Source: an uncultured Bacteroidales bacterium (GTDB lineage Bacteria > Bacteroidota > Bacteroidia > Bacteroidales > Muribaculaceae). Taken from it: a DNA stretch of 64,000 nt. The translations under genes were made by a program, and so were the position numbers. The notes under the pieces are model-generated. The model saw nothing but the letters and a program-made list of their open reading frames with translations. It had not been told where the DNA came from and made no database searches. This document shows positions 55,453 to 64,000 of this stretch, in pieces. The first letter of the stretch is position 1. Every line of letters begins with the position of its first letter. The stretch covers positions 5,712-69,711 of the forward strand of contig CADBDH010000007.1 of assembly GCA_902793405.1 (NCBI GenBank), in the 5' to 3' direction.

Positions 55453-56778
55453 TTATGTTGGGGAAAGACTCTTTTTGGTGCCGGCATCATCGGGTAGCCA
55501 TGATCCGGCAACCAGGCCATAGAGGACGATGCAGAATACCGGGTCGCGCATCGACTCGATGTAGAAGAAGTTGATGCCGATGAGGATGACCAGGAAGAGC
55601 TGCAAGTTCAGGTCTCGCTTGGAAAGGCCCTCGGGGTGACGCACGAATATCGAGACCAGGAACACGATATACCACAAGATGCCCACCAGACCCAACTGGA
55701 GGTACACGTGGATGAAGTAGGGGATGGTGCCGATCAGGTACCATTCATATTGGTCATACAGTTCAGAATGGCTCAACTTGGTGCCGCCCTTGAAGTGGCC
55801 CACGCCAAAACCCATGGGGATGTGCCCAGGCTCATTCTCTTCGAACATGGGCAGCAGCAGGAACTTGGTCGCCCTGGGGATGTCGGCAAGGCCATTCTCA
55901 TTGTTCTCCATGTTCCAGGTCGCGTCTTCCTCGGCTCGCTCGACATCCATGAACATGTACTCCATCAGGTATTCCTCGCTGAAGATGTCCAGGCCGTCGG
56001 CCGTCTTGCTCACCTCGCCAGTGTAGGTCATCTTATAGGTCATGTAACCCACGCCAAACAGCAGGGACATTACCGGCACGACAATCAGGGCGCGGGTGAA
56101 CATGCGCTTGCCGATGGGCACCAGCAGGATGAAGTAGAGCACCAGCAGCACGAAGCTGATCTTGGTCTCGTTCAGGAAGGTGGGCGTGAGCAGCAGCACG
56201 TACTTGTAATTGGTGAGGATGGAGCTGATGAAGTGCCTCGGGTTGATGCGTTTCCTGATCAGGTAGAAGGAGATCAGGTAAATCATCATCGAGATGGTGC
56301 CCGAGTACCAGTTGCCCAACGAGCCGCCGCCATGGTCACCGGCGGTGTAGACGATGAACTGGTACAGGATGCACGGTACCTGCAGCCACAGGAAGACTTC
56401 CAGATTCTTGTCAAAGGCCTTGACGAAACGGTCACGCCGATTGGGGTCATCCCAGAAGTAGCGGAATATCGGGTAGCAGAACATCACGCCGAAGAACACG
56501 CGTATGCCGTTCACCGTCATGGTGACGGGCAACTTGTTCAGCACCAGGCTGCTTGTCAAGGCAATGAACAGCAGCGATCCGACGAACAGGAAATCGGCCT
56601 TGTGGCGCAACGTCATCAGGCCTATCAGCACCAGCACAGCGTCGCAGGCCAGCAGGATATAACTGCGCAGCGACTCAAGGCCGGGGACAAACTCGTCGCA
56701 GACGAAGCCAACGGTACCCAAAACCCAAAACACGCCCAAAAGGGCGCGTTGGATGAATATGGATTTGGTGACTTGCAT
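55453..56778 (-). CDS. Putative polysaccharide polymerase (Wzy/O-antigen ligase-like)
   Basis: Polytopic membrane protein with a large periplasmic loop, directly downstream of wzc. Confidence 0.65.
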   Translation of the reverse strand: MQVTKSIFIQRALLGVFWVLGTVGFVCDEFVPGLESLRSYILLACDAVLVLIGLMTLRHKADFLFVGSLLFIALTSSLVLNKLPVTMTVNGIRVFFGVMFCYPIFRYFWDDPNRRDRFVKAFDKNLEVFLWLQVPCILYQFIVYTAGDHGGGSLGNWYSGTISMMIYLISFYLIRKRINPRHFISSILTNYKYVLLLTPTFLNETKISFVLLVLYFILLVPIGKRMFTRALIVVPVMSLLFGVGYMTYKMTYTGEVSKTADGLDIFSEEYLMEYMFMDVERAEEDATWNMENNENGLADIPRATKFLLLPMFEENEPGHIPMGFGVGHFKGGTKLSHSELYDQYEWYLIGTIPYFIHVYLQLGLVGILWYIVFLVSIFVRHPEGLSKRDLNLQLFLVILIGINFFYIESMRDPVFCIVLYGLVAGSWLPDDAGTKKSLSPT

Positions 56779-56803
56779 CTTCTATATGCGTTAGGTTTTA
56801 CCA

Positions 56804-56859
56804 ACTACCAACTAAGGACTAACAACTAGAAACTAGGGACTAGAAACTAGAAACTAAAT
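56804..56859. repeat. Heptamer array x8 (ACTANNN)
   Basis: ACTACCA ACTAAGG ACTAACA ACTAGAA ACTAGGG ACTAGAA ACTAGAA ACTAAAT. On the coding strand it starts at the wzc stop codon. Confidence 0.92.
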
Positions 56860-59174
56860 CACTCCTTGTCCTGGCCGTAACCGTAGCCGTAGCCCTGCGA
56901 CATCTTGGGGTTGCTGTCGTTGAGCACGACGGCGACGTTGTTGAGCTGTCGGCGCGACAGGGCGTTGTTCATGTAGCGCACAAGACTGCGCTTGGTGTAG
57001 TTGGCGCGGGTGACATAGACGGTCACGTTGGCATAGCGGGCCAGCGAGTAGGTGTCGCTCACCATGGCGATGGGCGCCGAGTCGATGATGACGTAGTCAT
57101 AGCGCTCCTTGAGCTGGTCGATGAGGTCCTGCACACGGGTGGTGAGCAGCAGCTCCGACGGGTTGGGCGGGATGACGCCACCCACGATGATGTCGAGGTT
57201 CTCCACCTCGGGACAGTGCTGAATCACGTCATCGAGCGTGACATGCTGCTTGGCCAGGAAGGCGGTGACGCCGGGGTTGTCGTTGATGTTGAGCATCTCG
57301 GCCAGCTTGGGGCTGCGGATGTCCATGCCCACCAGTGCCACGCGCTTACCCAGCAACGAGAACGACGAGGCGAGATTGGTGCTGATAAAGGATTTGCCCT
57401 CGCCAGACACCGAGCTGGTGACCAGCATGACCTTGTCGTTGGGGGTGGGCAGCATGAACTGGATATTGTTGCGCAGCAGACGGAAGAGCTCGACGATCGA
57501 CGACGACTTGCCCTCCTTGACCACCAGCTGCGAGCGGTGGCGGTTGTGGCAGATCTCGCCAATGACGGGAGCCTTGCTGATGCTCTGCAGTTCTTCCTGC
57601 GACGAGAACTTGGTCGTGAACAGGTTCTTGAGGAACAGCAGTACCAGCGGCAACAACAGGCCCGCTATCAGTGCCAGGAAATAAATCTTGTATTTCGCGG
57701 GCTTGACGGGGTTGATCGATGCATAGGCGTGGTCCACGATCTTGCCCTTGGGCGTGGTGGCTGCCAGCACCAGCGAGTTCTCCTCGCGCTTCTGCAGCAG
57801 GAAGGTGTAGAGCGAGTTCTGGATGCCCTGTTGGCGATAGAGGTCTTGGGCTTCACGCTCAACGGTGGGCACCTTGCCCATGGCGCTGTTGGTCGAGTTG
57901 GTCTGGCTCTGGGCACGGCCCAGCTGCATGTCGATGGCTCTGATCGAGGAGTTCACACCCTTGATGATGTTGCCATGCATGCTCTCGATCTGCTCGTCGA
58001 TGCGCTTCAGCGCCATATTGTCGCCCTTGGCCGACTGCTCAAGTTCCTGCCGCTTGACAAGCAGGTTGTTGTAGGCCTTGATGGAGCCTGATGCGGCACT
58101 CGAGTCCACGTCAAAGGGGATGTAGCTGTGCTTGTTGGCCGGGTCGTTGACAAAGTCCTTGACCATGCCCAGCAGGCGCTTGTTGGTCTCCAACTTGATG
58201 ATGGCGCGGTCGGCAACCTCCTGCTTGGCCATCTCGCTCTTCATCTGCAACTCATAGTTGATCATGTTGTTGCGGCGCCTGAAGGCTTCGATGTCGGCCT
58301 CGCTGCTGGTCAGACCCTTGTAGATGAGGGCCAGACGTTCGTCGATGAACTTGGCTGTGTTGATGGCCTGCTCGTCCTTCTCCTGCTGTCCGCGCTCGTT
58401 GTACAGGTTGATGAGCGTGTTGAGCACGTCACGGCCGCGGCCCTTGACGGTCTCGAGGATGCTCAGGTTGATACCGTTGGCCTTCTTGGTGATGAGCTTG
58501 ACCTTGATTTTCTTGTTCAGGCCCTGGCCGCAGTACTGCGAGCCGATGAGCGATGCCGTGATGTGGCAAGGCTTCTTGGGCTTGTAATTCTCGGTAGTCT
58601 TGATGGTGAATGTGCCGTATGACGTCTTGTAGGTTGCAGGAAGCCTGGCGTCCTTGGCATTGATGAGCTTGGTGCGGCCGCTTTTGGCCTTGATGTTGGC
58701 CAGTCCCTCTTTGTTGACGTCAATCTTGAAGGTGACCGACGACAGGGTGTCGAACATCTCCTCGGGGGCAACGACCTCGATGGGCGAGTCGTTGTAGTGG
58801 TCCACGTCGGGTTTGAACCAGCCCTTGTCCTCGATATAGCGGCGGTTGAGTTGGAGTCGACGGGCGACCTCGGTACACAGCTCTTGCGACGAGAAGACGA
58901 TCATCTCGTCCTCTACCTTGCCGCCGCCGCTCATGAGCTTCATGCTCTTGAGCAGGTTGGCGCCGGCGCTCGAGCTGTTGTCCTCCTGGGCCACGAGCAC
59001 CACTGCGTTGACATCATAAACGCGGTTAGTGACCCTCACATAGTAATAGGCCAGCAGACCGCAGGCGATGAGCGACAGCAGGAAAAGCCACCAGTAACGT
59101 TTGTATTTGTCATAGAGCGCGCCAAAGTCGATGGCCTGCTCCTCGGGATGATTGGTCGTAATATTTTCTGCCAT
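56859..59174 (-). CDS. wzc: Polysaccharide co-polymerase / BY-kinase (Wzc)
   Basis: Two TM segments, Walker A SGEGKS, DIRSP, IIDSAP and a C-terminal GYGYGYG Tyr cluster. Confidence 0.93.
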   Translation of the reverse strand: MAENITTNHPEEQAIDFGALYDKYKRYWWLFLLSLIACGLLAYYYVRVTNRVYDVNAVVLVAQEDNSSSAGANLLKSMKLMSGGGKVEDEMIVFSSQELCTEVARRLQLNRRYIEDKGWFKPDVDHYNDSPIEVVAPEEMFDTLSSVTFKIDVNKEGLANIKAKSGRTKLINAKDARLPATYKTSYGTFTIKTTENYKPKKPCHITASLIGSQYCGQGLNKKIKVKLITKKANGINLSILETVKGRGRDVLNTLINLYNERGQQEKDEQAINTAKFIDERLALIYKGLTSSEADIEAFRRRNNMINYELQMKSEMAKQEVADRAIIKLETNKRLLGMVKDFVNDPANKHSYIPFDVDSSAASGSIKAYNNLLVKRQELEQSAKGDNMALKRIDEQIESMHGNIIKGVNSSIRAIDMQLGRAQSQTNSTNSAMGKVPTVEREAQDLYRQQGIQNSLYTFLLQKREENSLVLAATTPKGKIVDHAYASINPVKPAKYKIYFLALIAGLLLPLVLLFLKNLFTTKFSSQEELQSISKAPVIGEICHNRHRSQLVVKEGKSSSIVELFRLLRNNIQFMLPTPNDKVMLVTSSVSGEGKSFISTNLASSFSLLGKRVALVGMDIRSPKLAEMLNINDNPGVTAFLAKQHVTLDDVIQHCPEVENLDIIVGGVIPPNPSELLLTTRVQDLIDQLKERYDYVIIDSAPIAMVSDTYSLARYANVTVYVTRANYTKRSLVRYMNNALSRRQLNNVAVVLNDSNPKMSQGYGYGYGQDKE

Positions 59175-59183
59175 AATGGTTGA

Positions 59184-59990
59184 TTATCGGGTTAATGCGA
59201 TGACGAGTGATGCGATGACCGACACGCTGCTCACGATGGTTGAGATGACCGAGAGCTTGAAGGCGTTGTTCTGGTTATACTTGGAGTTGTCGATGCGTAT
59301 TTCGTTGGGCTCGACATACACCACGTCGTTCTGGCGCAGGTAGAAATAGGGCGAGTTGAACACGTCGCTGCTGTTGAGGTTGAGGAGCTGGTAGTTGCGC
59401 TTGCCGTCCTCGGTGCGGATGACATAGACGCGGTCACGCTTGCCAAACTCGGTGAGGTCGCCACAGGTGGCCAGGGCATCCAGCACGGTAAAGTACTGCT
59501 GACCAGTCACCACGCGGTGCGGATTCTTCACCTCGCCCAGCACGTCGATGCTGAAGTTCACGATGTCGACACGCACAAACGGGTCCTTGACGTCCTTGCT
59601 CACCAGGTCGGTAACCATTCTGGTGATTTCGGGAATGGTTTTGCCGCCCACCTGCAAGCGTCCCAGCACGGGCATCATGATGTAGCCGTGCTCGTCAACG
59701 ATGTAGGTCTGGGTGCGCGGTTGGGTCACCGACAACAGGGCATTGCGCGTGGCGGGATTGTCCATCGGCATGTTGTAGGCTGCGGTGGCCTGCGGTACCG
59801 ATGAGGTCACCGAGATGACCAGTTCGTCATCGGGCTGGATGCGGATGGGATAGTTGCCTTCGGCATTGGCCAGTGAGCCGTTGGGCGCTGCGGCCAGGTC
59901 TTTGAAATAGGCGAGCGTGTTGTCCTTCGTCGATGTGCATGACAACAGCGTTGCCGCTGCAATCATCATTATAAGTAATCTTGATTTCAT
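59184..59990 (-). CDS. wza: Polysaccharide export outer-membrane lipoprotein (Wza)
   Basis: Lipobox ending LLSC. RIQPDDEL, VDEHGYIMMPVLG, VLGEVKNP and YLRQNDVVYVEPN. Confidence 0.92.
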   Translation of the reverse strand: MKSRLLIMMIAAATLLSCTSTKDNTLAYFKDLAAAPNGSLANAEGNYPIRIQPDDELVISVTSSVPQATAAYNMPMDNPATRNALLSVTQPRTQTYIVDEHGYIMMPVLGRLQVGGKTIPEITRMVTDLVSKDVKDPFVRVDIVNFSIDVLGEVKNPHRVVTGQQYFTVLDALATCGDLTEFGKRDRVYVIRTEDGKRNYQLLNLNSSDVFNSPYFYLRQNDVVYVEPNEIRIDNSKYNQNNAFKLSVISTIVSSVSVIASLVIALTR

Positions 59991-60043
59991 ACGGTTACAA
60001 AAGTATTTCGTTTTTTACTTTAGTAAACGTATAACTGCAACAA

Positions 60044-61492
60044 TTATTTTATGGAATCGTGTGTTTTGATGAATTTTGACAGGAGCTGGTCGCGCAACTC
60101 CTTGCCGCAGGTCCATGCGATGCACCCCAGTGCGATGACCATAAAGACTATGTCAAACAGCGCATTAGGGCTATAATAGAAGGGGATTGTCCACAGGAGC
60201 ATCACGGCCACGGGAATGATGCAGCGGCGGTCGATTTTCAGGATAAAATAGCGGCGCATGTCATGCCAGCGGTAGAAGAACAGGACCAGATAAGTCACCA
60301 GCTGGGTGACGATGACGCCATAAACGCCCAGGGGCTTGATCAGGGCGAAGTTCAGGGCCACGTTGACGACTGCCGCAAGCACGATCGAGGGTAGGGTGCG
60401 CGGCGTGTCCTTGGCGCACTGGTAACCCATGTCGAAGAACGCTGCAAGACCGAAAATCACAGCCGACAGGCCCATGGGATAGATGTACATGAGGCTCTCG
60501 CGGTATTGCGGAGCGACCAGCCAGTTGTAGTTGGCCTTGAGCATGAAGGCATAACCGATCAGGATTCCGGCCAACGCAAAAATGTAGCTGTTGAACATCT
60601 TGGAGAAGAACCGGTCGCGGTCAGGGCTGTGGTATTGCAGGATAGCGGTCTCTTGCCAGGCCTGGTAGAAGATGATGGCCAGCGTGCTGATAATGCTGGT
60701 GAAACGGATGGCCACAGCATAGATGCCATTCACGTCCAGTCCAAGGAAATACTTGATAAACAGGCGGTCACTGCTTCCCGTGAGCCACCAGCACAGGGAG
60801 CCCGGCAGCAGGGGCAGGGTGTAGCGGATGATGTCGAGACCCACCTGGCGGGAACTGAGCGACCACCGCGTGTTGCGGGTGATGAGCCGCACGCGGCACT
60901 CGACCAGTATCAGGGCGAGCAGTCGGGCAACGATATTGGCCAGGAAGATGCCCTTGATGCCCCAACCCAGAATGGCGACAAACAGGATGCTGAACACGCC
61001 GATGCCCAGCGCCGACAGGATGCCTGTGACGGCAAAGGCCCGGTTGTTGCCCAGCCCGCGGAACACTTGGGAATACACCTCCTGCAGCGACAGGGCAATG
61101 AGCAGTCCTGTCGCATAGCCCAGGTAATGGATCTCGGTGGTGAACGACATCACAAGGGCCACCAGCATCGCCAGGGCCAGGGTGGTGATCATGGTGCGGG
61201 AAACAAAGGTGACGATGCGCTGGCGCTTGGTGTTGTCGTCGCAGTCGAGCAGGAACCTGAAGGCGCCGTCGCGCAGTTGCAGGGTGACAAATGGCAGGAG
61301 CAGGAAGCAGACGGTCAGGCACACATCGTAGTAGCCAAAGTCGGACGTGTCGTGTACAAAATAGGTGTACAGCGGCACCATCATGAAGGTGATGAGCTTT
61401 GACCCGATGTTGCCAATGGCATAGACGCCGACGTCCTTGATGAACTTGGAGCCTCGGCTGCTAGACCTGTTATTGTTTTCTGTCATTGTCAT
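60044..61492 (-). CDS. wzx: Polysaccharide flippase (Wzx)
   Basis: MOP-family pattern (MVPLYT...DFGYYD; SDRLFI...NGIYAVA) with many TM helices. Confidence 0.88.
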   Translation of the reverse strand: MTMTENNNRSSSRGSKFIKDVGVYAIGNIGSKLITFMMVPLYTYFVHDTSDFGYYDVCLTVCFLLLPFVTLQLRDGAFRFLLDCDDNTKRQRIVTFVSRTMITTLALAMLVALVMSFTTEIHYLGYATGLLIALSLQEVYSQVFRGLGNNRAFAVTGILSALGIGVFSILFVAILGWGIKGIFLANIVARLLALILVECRVRLITRNTRWSLSSRQVGLDIIRYTLPLLPGSLCWWLTGSSDRLFIKYFLGLDVNGIYAVAIRFTSIISTLAIIFYQAWQETAILQYHSPDRDRFFSKMFNSYIFALAGILIGYAFMLKANYNWLVAPQYRESLMYIYPMGLSAVIFGLAAFFDMGYQCAKDTPRTLPSIVLAAVVNVALNFALIKPLGVYGVIVTQLVTYLVLFFYRWHDMRRYFILKIDRRCIIPVAVMLLWTIPFYYSPNALFDIVFMVIALGCIAWTCGKELRDQLLSKFIKTHDSIK

Positions 61493-61636
61493 TTTTGCGG
61501 CTGCAAAATTATTAAAATATTTGGTTTTATGACCTCTCTTTCGCTAAATGTTTGTAATTTCGCCCCACAATACGACATCTCGAGACCCGAATGCGGTGTT
61601 AAAGTAATACTTTTAGAGGCAAAAGTCTGGCATCTG

Positions 61637-62692
61637 ATGATCAAGACCATCAACTCATGGCGTGGGCTCATGGCGGTGGCCGTGGTGCTCTTCCATTGTA
61701 ACGTGGCGTGGATTTATAACGTCGCCGTTTCGGGCGTGACGTTTTTCTTCCTCTCCAGCGCGTTCCTCTTGGCTCGGCGCCATCCGGTCGAGCGTCTCGA
61801 GGCGCGTGCCTATGGCCGCTTCGTCATGGAGCATGCCTTGCGCCTCTATCCCTTGCACTGGCTGGGGCTGGCCTTGTTGATTGTCATGGCGTGCACGCTG
61901 TATGCTGCGCCCATAAACTGGGGCGCGACGGCACTCAGTGCGCTGCTGCTGCACGCGTGGTCGCCCTTGCACGATGTCCACTATGGCATCAATCCGGTGG
62001 CCTGGTACATGAGTGCGCTGCTGTTCTGCTATTGCATCTATCCGCTGGTGATGCGGTGGATGGGGCTGTGGCGTCTGCGGCACAAGACCTTGCTGGCCGT
62101 GGCGCTGGCAGTTGTCCTCGGGGCCATCATGTTGCCGCTCGACATACCCGGGCGCGAGGCGGTGTTTGTCAATCCCTTGTCCCATGTCGTCGACGTGGTG
62201 GTGGGCGTGACCCTTATGCACCTGTGCCAGGTGCTGCAAGGACGCTGGCCCCGAGTGGGTTATCGCACGGCAACGTTCATCGAGTTGGGCGCCTTGTTGC
62301 TGCTGGCAGCGGTAATTGGGCTCAATATGATGACCACCCTGGTCAGGCCTTGGGAGGACGATGTGCTCTGGCTGTTGCCGCAGGGCGCGATATTGGCGGT
62401 GCTGGCCTGGCTCGCCGGGCAGGAGGGCGCTATCGGCCGCCTGCTGTTGTGCAAGCCGCTGCAATGGCTGGGCAGCATCAGTTTTGAGGTGTTTGTGCTG
62501 CAGTTCGTGGCTTTCAGGCTTTTTGCCTTTGTGATTGCTCCTGCCGCGGGCCATCTGGGATGCGACATCTACGGACAGTTGCCCTGGCTCGTGCTGGCGG
62601 TGCTACTGCCGCTCTCGTGGCTGGTGAACCGCGTTTTCACCCGTCCGTTGTCCCGAATCATCAAGCGAAAACTAACAACTAGAAACCAATGA
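61637..62692 (+). CDS. Acyltransferase 3 family O-acyltransferase
   Basis: RGLMAVAVVLFH, GVTFFFLSSAF, RLYPLHW and WYMSALLFCYCIYP. ATG at 61637. Confidence 0.88.
   Translation: MIKTINSWRGLMAVAVVLFHCNVAWIYNVAVSGVTFFFLSSAFLLARRHPVERLEARAYGRFVMEHALRLYPLHWLGLALLIVMACTLYAAPINWGATALSALLLHAWSPLHDVHYGINPVAWYMSALLFCYCIYPLVMRWMGLWRLRHKTLLAVALAVVLGAIMLPLDIPGREAVFVNPLSHVVDVVVGVTLMHLCQVLQGRWPRVGYRTATFIELGALLLLAAVIGLNMMTTLVRPWEDDVLWLLPQGAILAVLAWLAGQEGAIGRLLLCKPLQWLGSISFEVFVLQFVAFRLFAFVIAPAAGHLGCDIYGQLPWLVLAVLLPLSWLVNRVFTRPLSRIIKRKLTTRNQ
62671..62688 (+). repeat. Short ACTA-core heptamer remnant (ACTAACA ACTAGAA ACCA) at the acyltransferase junction
   Basis: Encodes the last residues of the first acyltransferase and leads directly into ATG 62689. 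Confidence 0.5.
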
Positions 62693-63738
62693 TAAAGACG
62701 ATTACAGGCTGGCGCATCTTTTTTGTGCTGTTGATTATCCTGCATCATGTGGGCTTGGACCAGTTGGACATGATGAGTCTGGGCGTGTGCTATTTCTTCA
62801 TGTCCAGCGGTTTCCTGCTGGCGCTTAAGTACCCGTTCCACCAACTCGACGGCAAGGCTTACCGTGCCTTTGCCTGGAAGCGGGTGCTCCGCGTCTATCC
62901 GCTGCACTGGTTCACGCTGGCCTTGTGGCTGGGCGCGGCGTCGCTGCTGGGGACGCTGGTCATCGAGCCGCTCACCTTGGGCCTCAATGCCGCGCTATTG
63001 CATTGCTGGTCACTGTCTTATCCCATCTATTACTCCTACGTCAAGGTGTCGTGGTTTCTGGGGGTACTGCTCTTCTGTTACCTGTGCTATCCCTTGCTGG
63101 CCCACTGGTATCTGCCCTTGCGTCTGCGTCACAAACTGATTGTGCTTGCCGTGCTGGGACTCATCGCGATTGTCGTCCTGGCGGGTACCGACGATTACAG
63201 CCGCACCGCTCTGTACGTCTTCCCGCCCATGCGCCTTATCGACTTCCTGATAGGCATGACGCTGCCCCATGTGTGCCGCGTGGCCCGCAGTCTGCCCGTT
63301 ATCGGCAAGAGCGCTAACGGCACCGACGCCGAGCTCATCGCTGTGGCTGTGCTCTCGGCGACGGTGATGATGCATGGTTCCAATCCCGGTGTGCGTCCCT
63401 GGAGCGACACGGTCATCTGGTGGATACCCCAGGCTCTGCTCATCATGGTGTGCTACCTATATGACGGCCGTGAGGGTTTCATCGGCAAGCTGATGGCGTC
63501 CCGACCGCTGCAATGGGTTGGTACAGTGTGCTTTGAGCTGTTCATGCTGCAAGGGATTGCAGCCCTCGTCTACAACTACCTGCTGGCTCCGGCGCTGGGC
63601 CATCTGGGCCTGACCCGCCTGGGCTTGGATCCCTACAGCCTGTTGCCCTGGATGATTATCCCGCTGGGCATCCTGCTGGCCTGGATTGTCAACCGCTTGT
63701 TCACCCGACCCTTGAACAGGCTCCTCTTCCGCCGTTGA
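62689..63738 (+). CDS. Acyltransferase 3 family O-acyltransferase (paralogue)
   Basis: WRIFFVLLIILHH, GVCYFFMSSGF, RVYPLHW and WFLGVLLFCYLCYP. ATGA overlap with the previous gene. Confidence 0.88.
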   Translation: MIKTITGWRIFFVLLIILHHVGLDQLDMMSLGVCYFFMSSGFLLALKYPFHQLDGKAYRAFAWKRVLRVYPLHWFTLALWLGAASLLGTLVIEPLTLGLNAALLHCWSLSYPIYYSYVKVSWFLGVLLFCYLCYPLLAHWYLPLRLRHKLIVLAVLGLIAIVVLAGTDDYSRTALYVFPPMRLIDFLIGMTLPHVCRVARSLPVIGKSANGTDAELIAVAVLSATVMMHGSNPGVRPWSDTVIWWIPQALLIMVCYLYDGREGFIGKLMASRPLQWVGTVCFELFMLQGIAALVYNYLLAPALGHLGLTRLGLDPYSLLPWMIIPLGILLAWIVNRLFTRPLNRLLFRR

Positions 63739-63845
63739 AATCATGACCGCCACCGCGAAATTTTTTATAATGTATAATGGCGACAGGCCGACAGTTTTTT
63801 GGACTTTGCGCAATAATGAAAGAATTATTGCGTTATAATGGTTAA

Positions 63846-64000
63846 ATGGACCCGACTAAGCTGAAACATATTGCATGTATATTGCTGTTGTTGGTGGGAT
63901 GTGCTGTCGCACATGCCCAGGACAATGACATGATTCTGAATCGCCCCTACGCCGATGTCAAGAAGGTTCACTTCGGCTTCTCGGTGGGTATGAATTTTCA
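63846..64000 (+). CDS. porT: Type IX secretion system PorT family protein (5' fragment, truncated by window end)
   Basis: MDPTKLKHIACILLLLVGCAVAHAQDNDMILNRPYADVKKVHFGFSVGMNF. The NRPYAD...HFGFSVG motif is typical of PorT N-termini. Confidence 0.65.
   Translation, partial: MDPTKLKHIACILLLLVGCAVAHAQDNDMILNRPYADVKKVHFGFSVGMNF

Noticed and set aside
59991-61636. Invertible (phase-variable) capsule promoter or UpxY/UpxZ control
   Set aside because: No inverted repeats flank the wza or wzx promoters, and no NusG-like or recombinase gene is present in the window.

Overview
A 64-kb chromosomal window from a Bacteroidales bacterium. The evidence is the SusC/SusD genes, recurring TAnnTTTG -7 promoter boxes and a partial porT at the right edge. 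A dockerin-rich Muribaculaceae/Prevotella-like gut or rumen lineage is my inference. Contents in order: (i) housekeeping genes (three tandem FKBP PPIases, cobB sirtuin, threonine dehydrogenase-like SDR, dnaX, gamma-carbonic anhydrase, aminopeptidase P, PafA-type phosphatase, murF/ddl, ychF); (ii) an AraC-flavodoxin/cyclophilin-hydrolase cluster; (iii) a LacI-controlled starch/maltodextrin regulon split into pieces (susCDEF-like, GH13 amylase, GH53, SusA-like GH13, malT-malQ-pulA) that share a GCAAnCGnTTGC operator; (iv) a Wzx/Wzy surface-polysaccharide locus with a radical SAM enzyme, GT4/GT2 enzymes and tandem acyltransferases. Two signals stand out. First, five secreted proteins of unrelated function (flavodoxin-cyclophilin fusion, two CotH kinases, amylase, GH53) carry dockerin-like Ca-binding duplications with the same N-I-(A/G)-D signature. 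No cohesin is visible in the window, which points to a non-clostridial cell-surface docking system. Second, many gene junctions carry degenerate 7-bp or 9-bp tandem arrays with a consistent polarity: A/C-rich units before start codons and G/T-rich units after stop codons. Two small accessory genes are bracketed by such arrays: GxxExxY by a 28/30 inverted repeat, and a four-helix-bundle gene by direct arrays sharing a perfect 17-mer. This suggests a repeat-guided gene-cassette traffic system. No rRNA, tRNA, CRISPR array or transposase was recognised. All family calls are from motif recognition by eye; no database searches were run.
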